NCBI GenBank assembly: GCA_037917685.1
Contig: JAVCBU010000003.1
Span: 144,264-208,263 of the forward strand
From: Thermoproteota archaeon
GTDB lineage: Archaea; Korarchaeota; Korarchaeia; Korarchaeales; JAOZGB01
DNA: 64,000 nt
Reading direction: 5' to 3'
The notes under the pieces: model-generated
What the model was told of the DNA's origin: nothing
The model's database searches: none
Seen by the model: only the letters and a program-made list of their open reading frames with translations
Shown here: positions 45,547-54,617 of the stretch, one piece after another
How positions within the stretch are numbered: position 1 is the first letter of the stretch
Layout of the letters: every line of letters starts with the position of its first letter
Translations under genes and position numbers: made by a program

Positions 45547-46722
45547 GTGGAATTGAAAGCTAAAAGGTTTCTGGCTTTAACCCTTTATCTTATATTCACA
45601 CACGCATACATATTATCTTCAGCATATGATATTGAAACCATTGCCTATACTAGTACTCCACCATTTGTTGTTCATGTTTGGGTTAATAAGGGGTGCGGAG
45701 CCGAGTATACAGTTGGCGAGTCTATTACAGTATTCTTCTCCTCCAATAGGAATGCAACTGTCGAGCTTATAGCTTTCACTAGTAGTGGAGCGAGCTATCT
45801 ATTCGTCGGAAACATTATAGAGAACGAAATATATACATGGATGGGAAATGTTGGAACAACCCCCGGAGAAGTACTATACGTTCTCAGGGGTTGGAATAAC
45901 ACAGACTACTGTGAGGACTCATGCCTCATATACGTAGTTGAAATATCCGGCACTCTAACACTAATTGTCCGGGAGAAACAGTCAAACATCTCCTTAAATG
46001 GGGTAAAAGTATACCTCAACGGCAGCCTCCAGGGAGAAACAGGTGAAGACGGTACATTCACAATAGCAGGCCTCGAAACAGGCGTATACAACCTTACACT
46101 TAAGAAAACAGGATACTACACATGGAAGGGTATAGTACAGATACATCCCGGGCAAACAACAGAAGTCTCAGCATACATGGAGAAAATGCCCGAAGTCGGC
46201 GACCTCAAAATCCTCGTGGTGGAAGAAAACACCTTACAAAGCATACCCAACGCTCAGATATACATCGACGACCAAATGAAAGGAACAACCGGAGCATACG
46301 GCTCCATAACTATTAATAACCTCCAGGCAGGACCCCATACAATAACAGTAATAGCAGAAGGATACCAAACATACGAATCTACAATAATGGTTAAGAAATG
46401 GAAGCTCAACACATTCATGGCAAAGCTGAAACCAATCACTCAGCCTCCTACGACTCCTCCTCCTACAACCCAGCCTCCTACGACTCCTCCTCCTACAACC
46501 CAGCCTCCTACGACTCCTCCTCCTACAACCCAGCCTCCTACGACTCCTCCTCCTACAACCCAGCCTCCTACGACTCCTCCTCCTACAACCCAGCCTCCTA
46601 CGACTCCTCCTCCTACAACCCAGCCTCCCGCCAGGTCGATGTACTTAAACACGGTTATAATACTTGCGGCTCTGGTTATAGTGTTATCTATAGCACTTGC
46701 GGTATTAGCGCTGAAGAGGTAA
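45547..46722 (+). CDS. surface protein: two carboxypeptidase-regulatory-like (PEGA-like) domains, a Thr/Pro stalk and a C-terminal TM anchor
   Basis: 391 aa. Signal, then GVKVYLNGSLQGETGEDGTFTIAGLETGVYNLTLKKTGY and a second similar unit, (QPPTTPPPTT)x6, and the anchor VIILAALVIVLSIALAVLAL. Confidence 0.6.
   Translation: MELKAKRFLALTLYLIFTHAYILSSAYDIETIAYTSTPPFVVHVWVNKGCGAEYTVGESITVFFSSNRNATVELIAFTSSGASYLFVGNIIENEIYTWMGNVGTTPGEVLYVLRGWNNTDYCEDSCLIYVVEISGTLTLIVREKQSNISLNGVKVYLNGSLQGETGEDGTFTIAGLETGVYNLTLKKTGYYTWKGIVQIHPGQTTEVSAYMEKMPEVGDLKILVVEENTLQSIPNAQIYIDDQMKGTTGAYGSITINNLQAGPHTITVIAEGYQTYESTIMVKKWKLNTFMAKLKPITQPPTTPPPTTQPPTTPPPTTQPPTTPPPTTQPPTTPPPTTQPPTTPPPTTQPPTTPPPTTQPPARSMYLNTVIILAALVIVLSIALAVLALKR
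46441..46628 (+). repeat. perfect 30-bp tandem repeat, 6 full copies plus 8 nt, in frame
   Basis: The unit CAGCCTCCTACGACTCCTCCTCCTACAACC is repeated without a single mismatch over 46441-46620. Confidence 0.95.
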
Positions 46723-46759
46723 ACATCAGAACCATGTAGAATAAACGTCTAACGCCACA

Positions 46760-47758
46760 TTACTTGTACTCATGCTTCATAACTAATGCGTTACCTATAA
46801 AGGAAAAGCCTATTCTGCGAAAAGCCTCTATTGTTTCAGCTCTTATTTTAGGAACCGCGGCGTAGATCCTTCTCGCCCCACGCCTGTAAAGGGTATTAAC
46901 AGCCTTCACCACCATCAATGCCTCGACAGGCTTCCCCCACATGTTCTTCACGGTCCTAACTTCTATCCTCCCTATCCCATCGCTTCTCGACAATGCTATC
47001 CCATAATGAGACAGTATCCTACCATTTGACACGGCAATCTGCTCGTCATAATCGGGTTTCCTAAAGAGCCTTGATACTAGCTGTGTAAAACCTCCCCTTC
47101 CAACCCTGAATTTAGACGGTTTAACCTCGTCAAATGATTCTACGGCTTCCACGTCGCCTACATCCTTAAGATATCTGAGTATAAACCTGTCGACAAGCTC
47201 GTAATCACCCTTGCTTGGGGGTCTAATGGCTACTCCGGGCTCTCTCCACTCTCTAAACTCATACCTGACCCTCATCTCGAGAATTGCATTCTCATGGGAC
47301 CTCTTGAAACCATTAGCCTCGAAAAAACGTAATGCAGGCTTATTATCCTCAAAGACAATGGCCATGAACTTTTCTACATCCCTGCTCAACCAGTACCGCT
47401 TAAACTCGGCCAGCATCTCTGAGCCAACCCCCCTCTTCCTGTAACCCTCAGCGGTACAAACGAGGTGTACCTCAGCAATATTCCTGGTTTCGGGATACGG
47501 AAGCCTTGAGATTAGAACCCCAACAAGCCTGTCATCTACAACCGCCTTCAACCCGTAATACGCCTCAGCAATGTGTTTGAGGGCTGGACTAGTCTGTATA
47601 GTCATGTAGGTTCCAATCTTCCTTACCTCAAAGATAGGGTTTAGAGTAAGAGGGTAGCCGCCCCTATAGCAGTCTGCAACCAGTTTGACAGCATCATTGA
47701 AGTCCTCAACCTCAAGTCTACCAACATTTACCTCCAAAGCTCTCACATGGTAAAGCAT
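46760..47758 (-). CDS. GNAT-family N-acetyltransferase (two-domain)
   Basis: 332 aa with EGYRKRGVGSEMLAEF and FFEANGF. Confidence 0.7.
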   Translation of the reverse strand: MLYHVRALEVNVGRLEVEDFNDAVKLVADCYRGGYPLTLNPIFEVRKIGTYMTIQTSPALKHIAEAYYGLKAVVDDRLVGVLISRLPYPETRNIAEVHLVCTAEGYRKRGVGSEMLAEFKRYWLSRDVEKFMAIVFEDNKPALRFFEANGFKRSHENAILEMRVRYEFREWREPGVAIRPPSKGDYELVDRFILRYLKDVGDVEAVESFDEVKPSKFRVGRGGFTQLVSRLFRKPDYDEQIAVSNGRILSHYGIALSRSDGIGRIEVRTVKNMWGKPVEALMVVKAVNTLYRRGARRIYAAVPKIRAETIEAFRRIGFSFIGNALVMKHEYK

Positions 47759-47851
47759 CAGAATAGTAAATAAATTATTCTAAGAGCTAAATACCAGACT
47801 TCTACATGGCAAGACAAGTTTATATTAATTCACAGCCCCCTATATCTTAGT

Positions 47852-48238
47852 ATGCCCGTGAAAAAGAGAAGAACCATATTCGACCTTTTCTCCGACATGT
47901 TCGAGAGCGACCTGGAAAACCTGATACCTGAAGGCGCTGGGAGCTACAGCATAACTGTTTACACAGGCGAAGACGGGAGGGTTAAAGTTAGAGCTAAAGT
48001 CTCCGACGGAGCCACCGCCGAAAAACTGTTAGAAGATCTTAGAAGGAGATACGGCAGGAATGCAGATATAGAGATAGACACCCCCCACGGAAAGGTGTCA
48101 AATATCACCATAAGGTTTGTAGATGAAAACCAAGAAAAACAGGATAAGGAAAAAGAGAGGGAAAAGGCGGAGAAGGGCTCGGGGGTAAGAATTAGGTTTA
48201 CTAAGTCCGGGGAAACGCTGATAAGAGAGATAGAATAG
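47852..48238 (+). CDS. hypothetical protein
   Basis: 128 aa, a charged protein with a KE-rich tract (EKQDKEKEREKAEK). No family recognised. Confidence 0.4.
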   Translation: MPVKKRRTIFDLFSDMFESDLENLIPEGAGSYSITVYTGEDGRVKVRAKVSDGATAEKLLEDLRRRYGRNADIEIDTPHGKVSNITIRFVDENQEKQDKEKEREKAEKGSGVRIRFTKSGETLIREIE

Positions 48239-48829
48239 CTATCCGGTAAATCTTATTATTACACCACCCCTCTCGACGCCTGCGAATCTAGCTATAACAT
48301 CGCATTTAGCCTTCAATAAGTACGCCACCGGTGGCTCAAGCACAGCCTCCTCATCTGTTAAGGTTTCATAATGGGCCATCCCCTTTGCAATGATCAGGTC
48401 AGCGGTGTTTAGCTTGTCTATAAGGCTTCTCCTAACCATCCCTGGAATGATGCTTGATGCGTCGCTTCCTGTTTCTGCTACGTCGTCGAAGTACCTTGAA
48501 AGCCTGAACATTCTATACTCTCTAATGGTCACGTCGTCTTGGAAAGGTTTGGACTTTACAACCGCGGTAACCTTGCACCAGTAATCTCTAAGCACCTCAG
48601 CCAGCAAGCCGTCGATTACAGCCTCCCCGCAGTTATCTAGTAGCATGTAGACGTTGTCTGCGGAGGACGCGGTGTCCATGATCCTGTCTACTACTGAGAA
48701 GTCATGGTGAACGCTTGAAAGCCTTGAAACTATTCCTACGTCATATTTCTGGTCCGGGATACCTATGTCAAGGATGTTTGCTTCTACAGACATAATACGT
48801 ACAGCTCTAAAACGATCTTCCCAGCTCAT
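48239..48829 (-). CDS. DUF89-family (damage-control phosphatase-like) protein, short form
   Basis: 196 aa with LLDNCGEAVIDG and IIAKGMAHYETL. It is shorter than the usual ~280 aa. Confidence 0.5.
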   Translation of the reverse strand: MSWEDRFRAVRIMSVEANILDIGIPDQKYDVGIVSRLSSVHHDFSVVDRIMDTASSADNVYMLLDNCGEAVIDGLLAEVLRDYWCKVTAVVKSKPFQDDVTIREYRMFRLSRYFDDVAETGSDASSIIPGMVRRSLIDKLNTADLIIAKGMAHYETLTDEEAVLEPPVAYLLKAKCDVIARFAGVERGGVIIRFTG

Positions 48830-48877
48830 CCTGTGGATTCTTCTCTCACATTAAAAAGGGATATAATGGGGAGGGGG

Positions 48878-50299
48878 TTATGAGCTGTATATAAGTTTAC
48901 ATTCATCCATTGTGACAGTTTTATCCCCGTTTTTATCGGTCCACATGACTACAATGGTTGTCGACTGGCCTATTCTTCCACCTATCAGGTAGAGAGCTGC
49001 TGCTTGAGTCCCGTACCTGGTGCATCCCTCTACGAAAACTATCCATCTGGCATTCTCAGCATCCTTGTAAAGCCTTATTACTCCATAGTCCCTTTTAGCC
49101 CAGTCTCCCTTATTATAGGTCCAAGACATGTCTTCTACCTTCAGGGTAATGCCTTCCTTTGAGAACTCGAATGATATTCCAGCGTCACTATTATACGTCT
49201 CTGACACCTTGCATGAGAGAGGCCCGCCCACAACAACGAGGTTTCTACCAGTATCTTCACTAACAACTTCTCCCTTTATCTCCAGCGCTACCTTGATCTT
49301 CGTGGCTGATGCTCTGTCATATGTCCCACATGTTATATCTGAGTCCTGAGCTGCCTTCGTCTTCCAGCCTTCAAGGTTTATGTCTATCATTCCTTCAGCC
49401 TCTGCCAGCATGCACGCGAGAGCCAGGGTGAGCCTTGTATTGTCAAATAAGATTTCGAAGTCTACATTGTTTTTAATCGTGTCTCTATCGCTGTGGATGT
49501 ACGTGTTTGAGAAGGCATTCGAGTCCATTATGCATATTGCTGGTACTCCAATCTTCAGGAATGACGCGTGGTCTGAAAACTCGTATCTACCGTACATTAT
49601 CTCAGCGTCTACACCTATAGTCTCGGCAACTGTTATGGCTGTTTCTGCAAGGCTCATTTCACCCTCGGACGGGTTTCTCGACGGGGATGTTCCAACCCAG
49701 ATACCGGTGGGCCTGTCCTTGGCAACCATGTCTAGCTGTACATTAAACTTGATGTTTTCCCCCTTATGCTCGGATACGTAGGCTCTTGAGCCGAATAGTC
49801 CCAGCTCCTCACCCGAGAAGAATACTATTCTCAGTGTATGTTTTAGTTTCAGGTATGAGATGATTCTCGCAACTTCCAATAACGCTACAACCCCACTTCC
49901 ATCATCATCTGCCCCGGGAGCCCTGTCAGAGGTATCCTCCCAGTTGACACTGTCAAAGTGGGCGCTGAAGACTATTATTTCGTCATCTCCCGGGAATTCT
50001 CCCACTACGTTAGGCACCACTACCGATGTGTCTCCCCATGAAAGCCTATAGTATTCCAGGTGGACCTCCGCCCCGGCTTCCTCCAGCTTTTCAGCTAGGA
50101 AGTTAGCGCTCTCATTGATATACGGGGTTATCGTGAACCGAGTATAGAACGAAGTCAACGTTTGAAGGTCGTCTTCAAGTCTCTCGATAGATACTTGATC
50201 GAGGATTTCAAGGTAGTTGAAAACCGTGCCTGCTGATAGGCCCATAAAGACTTGGGACAGGACAATAAGAAGCAGTATGGTGGATAAGTGGATCCTCAT
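48878..50299 (-). CDS. secreted M28-family aminopeptidase with a C-terminal CWB2-like module
   Basis: 473 aa. PGADDDGSGVVALLEVAR, FFSGEELGLFGS. The C-terminus reads LVVVGGPLS...VFVEGCTRYGTQAAALYL...VVMWTDKNGDKTV. Confidence 0.8.
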   Translation of the reverse strand: MRIHLSTILLLIVLSQVFMGLSAGTVFNYLEILDQVSIERLEDDLQTLTSFYTRFTITPYINESANFLAEKLEEAGAEVHLEYYRLSWGDTSVVVPNVVGEFPGDDEIIVFSAHFDSVNWEDTSDRAPGADDDGSGVVALLEVARIISYLKLKHTLRIVFFSGEELGLFGSRAYVSEHKGENIKFNVQLDMVAKDRPTGIWVGTSPSRNPSEGEMSLAETAITVAETIGVDAEIMYGRYEFSDHASFLKIGVPAICIMDSNAFSNTYIHSDRDTIKNNVDFEILFDNTRLTLALACMLAEAEGMIDINLEGWKTKAAQDSDITCGTYDRASATKIKVALEIKGEVVSEDTGRNLVVVGGPLSCKVSETYNSDAGISFEFSKEGITLKVEDMSWTYNKGDWAKRDYGVIRLYKDAENARWIVFVEGCTRYGTQAAALYLIGGRIGQSTTIVVMWTDKNGDKTVTMDECKLIYSS

Positions 50300-50365
50300 C
50301 GCTTTTTAAATCTTGTTGGAAACTCTTAAATTCATCCCTACCATTCAACTAATGAGCTTACGACG

Positions 50366-50695
50366 GTGGGTGATAGCTTGTACTGTGTTGTTTTCGTAAT
50401 GGCGCCAATGGATTCCGCGAGGGAGATAGCCGAGCACCTTGTTAATAAAAGACTTGCCGCGTGTGTGAACATTATAGACGGGGTTAGAAGCATCTACTGG
50501 TGGAAGGGTAAAGTTGAAGAGGCAAGCGAGTCTCTTATCATAGCTAAAACCAAGCTTGAAATGTTTGACAGGGTTATGGATGCTGTAAGGAAGGTTCATC
50601 CATACGAGGTTCCAGAGATAATAGCCTTGAAGATCACGGATGGGCTAAAAGAATATCTCTCGTGGATCGGAGAAAACGTCGAAGCAGACATCTGA
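50366..50695 (+). CDS. cutA: divalent-cation tolerance protein CutA
   Basis: 109 aa with a GTG start and RLAACVNI...SIYWWKGKVEE..E..L..KT. Confidence 0.85.
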   Translation: MGDSLYCVVFVMAPMDSAREIAEHLVNKRLAACVNIIDGVRSIYWWKGKVEEASESLIIAKTKLEMFDRVMDAVRKVHPYEVPEIIALKITDGLKEYLSWIGENVEADI

Positions 50696-51868
50696 CATCG
50701 CTTCCCAAACATATGATTCAACCCTAGACGCTAGGACATAGACCATGGACCCGTCCTGGAGGACAGCATAGTATACACTACCAACTACTATCACCCCTTT
50801 CTCCGTAAGGTTTCCACGCCCTGTATACGCCTCCATGACTGTTTCATAAAACCTTTCAGCATGTTCATCTGTGTCCCACAGCGTTGCCCATATAAGGAGG
50901 CTGTTATTATCCCTCGACTGTAATGTTAAATTATCGCCACGCCAGTTAAAGCTTATGTTTGTGTACTCTGGGCCAGCATTAACCCCTATGAAAACATTCA
51001 CGAAAAATTCCCCCATCCTGTCCGAATACTCTATTTCAAATCCTGGTATGGTAGGAGCATAGACGGGTATGTAATGTACGCCAGCTATGTATCTATCTGG
51101 GTGGAGTATCTCCATAGTTGTAAGTGGTGGGTTTGAATAGCATTCGTTAACGAGCCCCCATCCACCGGTGCTGTAGAGTTCCATGACGAAATCATCCCCG
51201 TAAGCGTAGGGGAACAGCCAGAGCATTCTCAGCGGCTGCGTGTAATTATCCGGGTATCCGAGGGAGACCCTGAATGGCGTATAATTGTAGTATCTAGTTG
51301 CAGCATTGTAAGCTGTTAGGAGGGCATCGCCCTCTATTAGTGCGTACCATGCCATTTTCTCATCGTAGAGTTTCGGGCTATATCCGGGCAGGTTCTGCCT
51401 TTGAAGTATATGCGTCAACTCGTGAACAAGGATTTCCACGGTGTAGGCTTCAGATTCTAGGTTGAGGTAGTCTTTCACTATGTAGACACTGTCTCCAACA
51501 GCCGCGGCCATGGCTGCACCCCTCTGTCCCTCAACAATCTTCAGTAAATCCTCTTCCCAAGGGATTATTCCCAGAAGATGATATATCTCATTAAGCCTAC
51601 GATACTTCCGTCTCTCAGCCTCCGACATCTTCCCCCAGTTTTCCCTTACCCAGCTTGATGTTACTAGCTTATAATTCACGTCAACGCTGAAATTTAGACC
51701 TCTTTCCCTAACTACCAGATCCTTGGAGGTTGAAAACATTCTCTCCAGAGTTTCCTCCTCTTCCCGTGGGGAAATAATGGTTAAGAGGAGTATGGCAGCT
51801 GTTATGGTTAAAACGATTATAATCACACTGTTTCTTGCTATTATTGTCTTATTTTTCCTGCTTATCAT
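50645..51868 (-). CDS. membrane-anchored putative zinc metalloprotease (HEXXH)
   Basis: 407 aa. N-terminal TM IIVLTITAAILLLTII, HELTHILQ and a downstream ALIEGDA. The family is not recognised. Confidence 0.45.
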   Translation of the reverse strand: MISRKNKTIIARNSVIIIVLTITAAILLLTIISPREEEETLERMFSTSKDLVVRERGLNFSVDVNYKLVTSSWVRENWGKMSEAERRKYRRLNEIYHLLGIIPWEEDLLKIVEGQRGAAMAAAVGDSVYIVKDYLNLESEAYTVEILVHELTHILQRQNLPGYSPKLYDEKMAWYALIEGDALLTAYNAATRYYNYTPFRVSLGYPDNYTQPLRMLWLFPYAYGDDFVMELYSTGGWGLVNECYSNPPLTTMEILHPDRYIAGVHYIPVYAPTIPGFEIEYSDRMGEFFVNVFIGVNAGPEYTNISFNWRGDNLTLQSRDNNSLLIWATLWDTDEHAERFYETVMEAYTGRGNLTEKGVIVVGSVYYAVLQDGSMVYVLASRVESYVWEAMSDVCFDVFSDPREIFF

Positions 51869-51989
51869 GAAATCCTTAATATTCTCGCTAATGTTACTTA
51901 TATTTTATCTTTAATCTATCATAGGATATAATAGGATGTAATTGGGTGTTCATAACATTTTTAAGATGGTAAAGTTGCTGAGATAACGT

Positions 51990-52445
51990 ATGAAAGTTAG
52001 TAGAAACTGTGGTATTTCCACGATTGTTTCAATATCTATAATTGCGGGTGCCGCGTTGCTCTTGGGCATCATAGTAGCCCTCTATTATACAAGTATCACT
52101 TCTCATTTATTTCGAAGCGAGCAACTCAAGATAAAAGGGTATACTATCAATTCTAACGGTGGGATCTATGTATGTCTCAAAATAAGCTGTACTGGTAATA
52201 AACCTATTACGATAACAGACATTCTTGTCAATGGGGTAAGGCTGGAAGATACAAATTTAAACATAGAGTTAACATGGGAAAGGGAAGGATCGACGGATCC
52301 TCAGCATGAACTACCCTTTACAATAAACCCAGGAGAATCCGGGCTCCTAAAACTTTGGAGTGACTCGTGGTCCAAGGAGACAAGTTATGAGATAGCACTC
52401 CACACATCTACTGGAATAGACTACCCCCACGTCGTCAAGCCGTAG
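51990..52445 (+). CDS. archaeal type IV pilin-like protein (class III signal peptide)
   Basis: 151 aa. MKVSRNCG/ISTIVSISIIAGAALLLGIIVALYY fits a charged N-terminus, a G-(I/A/S) cleavage site and a hydrophobic helix. Confidence 0.4.
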   Translation: MKVSRNCGISTIVSISIIAGAALLLGIIVALYYTSITSHLFRSEQLKIKGYTINSNGGIYVCLKISCTGNKPITITDILVNGVRLEDTNLNIELTWEREGSTDPQHELPFTINPGESGLLKLWSDSWSKETSYEIALHTSTGIDYPHVVKP

Positions 52446-52508
52446 CCTAGGCTGGCTTCGCTTGGGCTGGCCATAGAGATTCTCGCATGTGTACGCGTGA
52501 TTCTAGGT

Positions 52509-53945
52509 TTAGCTCCAATCACCATTAAAGGTGTCTATAATTTTTGAGACTACCTCTTTAGATTCCAGTACAACCCCTAACTCCCTATTTGAATCCATCG
52601 AGGTTGGTGTAAAGTTTGCAGATCCTACATATACCTTCATTCCGTCTATAACTATCATCTTAGCATGCATTGTTAGCCCCCTAGCCCACTTTACAAGCAC
52701 TCCTGACTCCGAGAGCTCCCTGTAAGTATGAGTATTCGCATCGTTGTACTCCATTATGACCTTAACTGTTACTCCACTTCTTGCCTTCTGTTTGAGTATA
52801 TTAATGAATTCGTTGTCGGTTATGTACTCAGCCTCTATGAGTATGGTGTTTCTGGCCTCTGTTAGTAGAGAAATTAAGCCGTACCTCATGTTTCCCGGGG
52901 AGACAAGTATCTGGCTTACTGCTGGAGTGCTTTCCCCCTTCCAGTCGGCTAGAAAGACTTTCACCGCGTCCTGTACTGGGTCTCCCTTAACTATTGCCAC
53001 GTATTCACGGTTGTGATGAAGTGATGAGTAAGCATAGTTTGCTGTACCCACCACTAAGGTCTCGCCATCTATTATTGCGAATTTTGCATGTACATTTGGA
53101 TAGCGTGAAGAATCCCATTTCACATTCACACCTGAAGCTATCAGCCTATAGTAGGCTTCAACATTTATATCCGGGGCACCATAGGGGCTTCTCTCAAGAA
53201 TTACTCTAACATCCACACCTCTCCTGGCAGAGCTTTCAAAGATAGAAATTATCTCATCGTTAGTGAGTATATATACCTCAACCCATAGAGACTTCCTTGC
53301 CGATCCCAAAATGTTGAGGAATATGTGAGACTCCTCCGGGAGCATCAGTACACTTTCTGTCTGAGCAGCCTCGTTCATCGCCAGAACTTTTACCTCGGAC
53401 TCTTCAACAACCATGTCATCATTCGAGTCCTCCCACTTTAAAACTACGTATCCCGAGACCAGCTGAGAAGCTGAAGACTTCAAGTATAGACAGGCAGCCC
53501 TAGTTCCATATCTCGTGCATCCTGCAACAAGCAAGAGGTTATCTCTTACTGCTATAACTGCGACATCCTCGCCAAGTGTGTAGTTAGCCTTGTAGGTGAC
53601 AGCTCCGACTTGAACATAGTTCGTATCTCCCCTTCTCCAAAACCTTATCCCATAGAACCTTGGTTCAAACCTTAAAGCAGCCATGTTTGCAAGAGGCCCC
53701 CCTACAATAACTGTAGGCTTACCCTCCTCAGCTTCCTCTATCCATCGGTCGCTGTCGCATCTAATATATCCGTCAAATAGCTCGGTAACTATGCTAGCAG
53801 ATATGTAGTCGTCGACATACCCTGGAGCCATAGACCCAACTATGACATTTGCATTTCTAAACCTAGCTGCCACCGGCTGAAACTGGGCTAGCAGGACAAT
53901 TACCAGAAGGGGTAAAGATAACCTCATCTTCAGCAATCCTACCAA
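52509..53945 (-). CDS. secreted phospholipase D-family protein (two HKD motifs) with an N-terminal CWB2-like module
   Basis: 478 aa. HKD motifs NVHAKFAIIDGETLVVGTANY and TMHAKMIVIDGMKVYVGSANF. The N-terminus reads TVIVGGPLAN...LLLVAGCTRYGTRAACLYL...VVLKWEDSNDDMVV. Confidence 0.8.
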   Translation of the reverse strand: MVGLLKMRLSLPLLVIVLLAQFQPVAARFRNANVIVGSMAPGYVDDYISASIVTELFDGYIRCDSDRWIEEAEEGKPTVIVGGPLANMAALRFEPRFYGIRFWRRGDTNYVQVGAVTYKANYTLGEDVAVIAVRDNLLLVAGCTRYGTRAACLYLKSSASQLVSGYVVLKWEDSNDDMVVEESEVKVLAMNEAAQTESVLMLPEESHIFLNILGSARKSLWVEVYILTNDEIISIFESSARRGVDVRVILERSPYGAPDINVEAYYRLIASGVNVKWDSSRYPNVHAKFAIIDGETLVVGTANYAYSSLHHNREYVAIVKGDPVQDAVKVFLADWKGESTPAVSQILVSPGNMRYGLISLLTEARNTILIEAEYITDNEFINILKQKARSGVTVKVIMEYNDANTHTYRELSESGVLVKWARGLTMHAKMIVIDGMKVYVGSANFTPTSMDSNRELGVVLESKEVVSKIIDTFNGDWS

Positions 53946-54065
53946 TGAAATTAAAGGTTTTAACCATTTCTATATGTGTGCCCGCCTTTACTATTATTGA
54001 TGGTAAAGGCATAAGACTGCATTCTCAACGTAATGTTTTAATGCCTCCCTCCATTATAAACCAAT

Positions 54066-54497
54066 ATGCTTCCTAATAAGTTATCCTACACTGTAAGTGT
54101 AGAATGGGACGGGGAAACAGGCGGATATGCCAGGCTTGGCAAGGGGAAAGAAGTAAGAGTAGATACTCCACCTGAGTTTCAGGGGAGGGGAGTAGGATAC
54201 TGTCCAGATGAGCTGTTTGTCAGCTCAATAGCCTCCTGTGTTCTAACCACCTTTCTATATTTCAAGAATAAGCTTAAGCTAGAGCTCAAAGGTCTAAGCG
54301 TAAAGGCATATATGAAAGTTGTAAGGGAGGAAACAGGTTATTGGATAAGAGGGTTGGAGATTAAGGTAACAGGTAGCGTGGAGAAGGAGGAGAGGGAGAA
54401 GTTCATGAAGTGTTTGCAACTGGCAAAGAAGTACTGCCACATCACTAGGGCCCTATCGGACGTCGGTCTACAAATAACCGGGGAGATTAAAGAGTAA
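54066..54497 (+). CDS. OsmC/Ohr-family protein
   Basis: 143 aa with GYCPDELFVSSIASCVLTTF and AKKYCHITRAL. Confidence 0.75.
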   Translation: MLPNKLSYTVSVEWDGETGGYARLGKGKEVRVDTPPEFQGRGVGYCPDELFVSSIASCVLTTFLYFKNKLKLELKGLSVKAYMKVVREETGYWIRGLEIKVTGSVEKEEREKFMKCLQLAKKYCHITRALSDVGLQITGEIKE

Positions 54498-54556
54498 GCG
54501 CGCTTGAAACTGGATAGGGATAGGGTAAATAATGGCAGTAGGCGTTATTAATAGTA

Positions 54557-54595
54557 AACCCAGCCCTAACATCAAAAAGTAGGGCTTGGGTTTTT
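54557..54595. terminator. hairpin followed by a T-run between convergent genes
   Basis: AACCCAGCCCTA, loop, then TAGGGCTTGGGTT (one bulge), followed by TTTTT. Confidence 0.5.
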
Positions 54596-54617
54596 GATGT
54601 GCTGCTTGGTTGGCGTT

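Noticed and set aside
46441-46620. Possible CRISPR array (regular 30-bp repeats)
   Set aside because: The repeats are contiguous with no spacers, lie in frame within a coding sequence, and have no leader or cas genes nearby.
46398-46739. Alternative-frame ORFs over the 30-bp repeat (SYDSSSYNPA repeats on plus, GGVVGGWVV repeats on minus)
   Set aside because: They are artefacts of translating a perfect tandem repeat in other frames. Only the QPPTTPPPTT frame is continuous with the flanking signal, domains and TM anchor.
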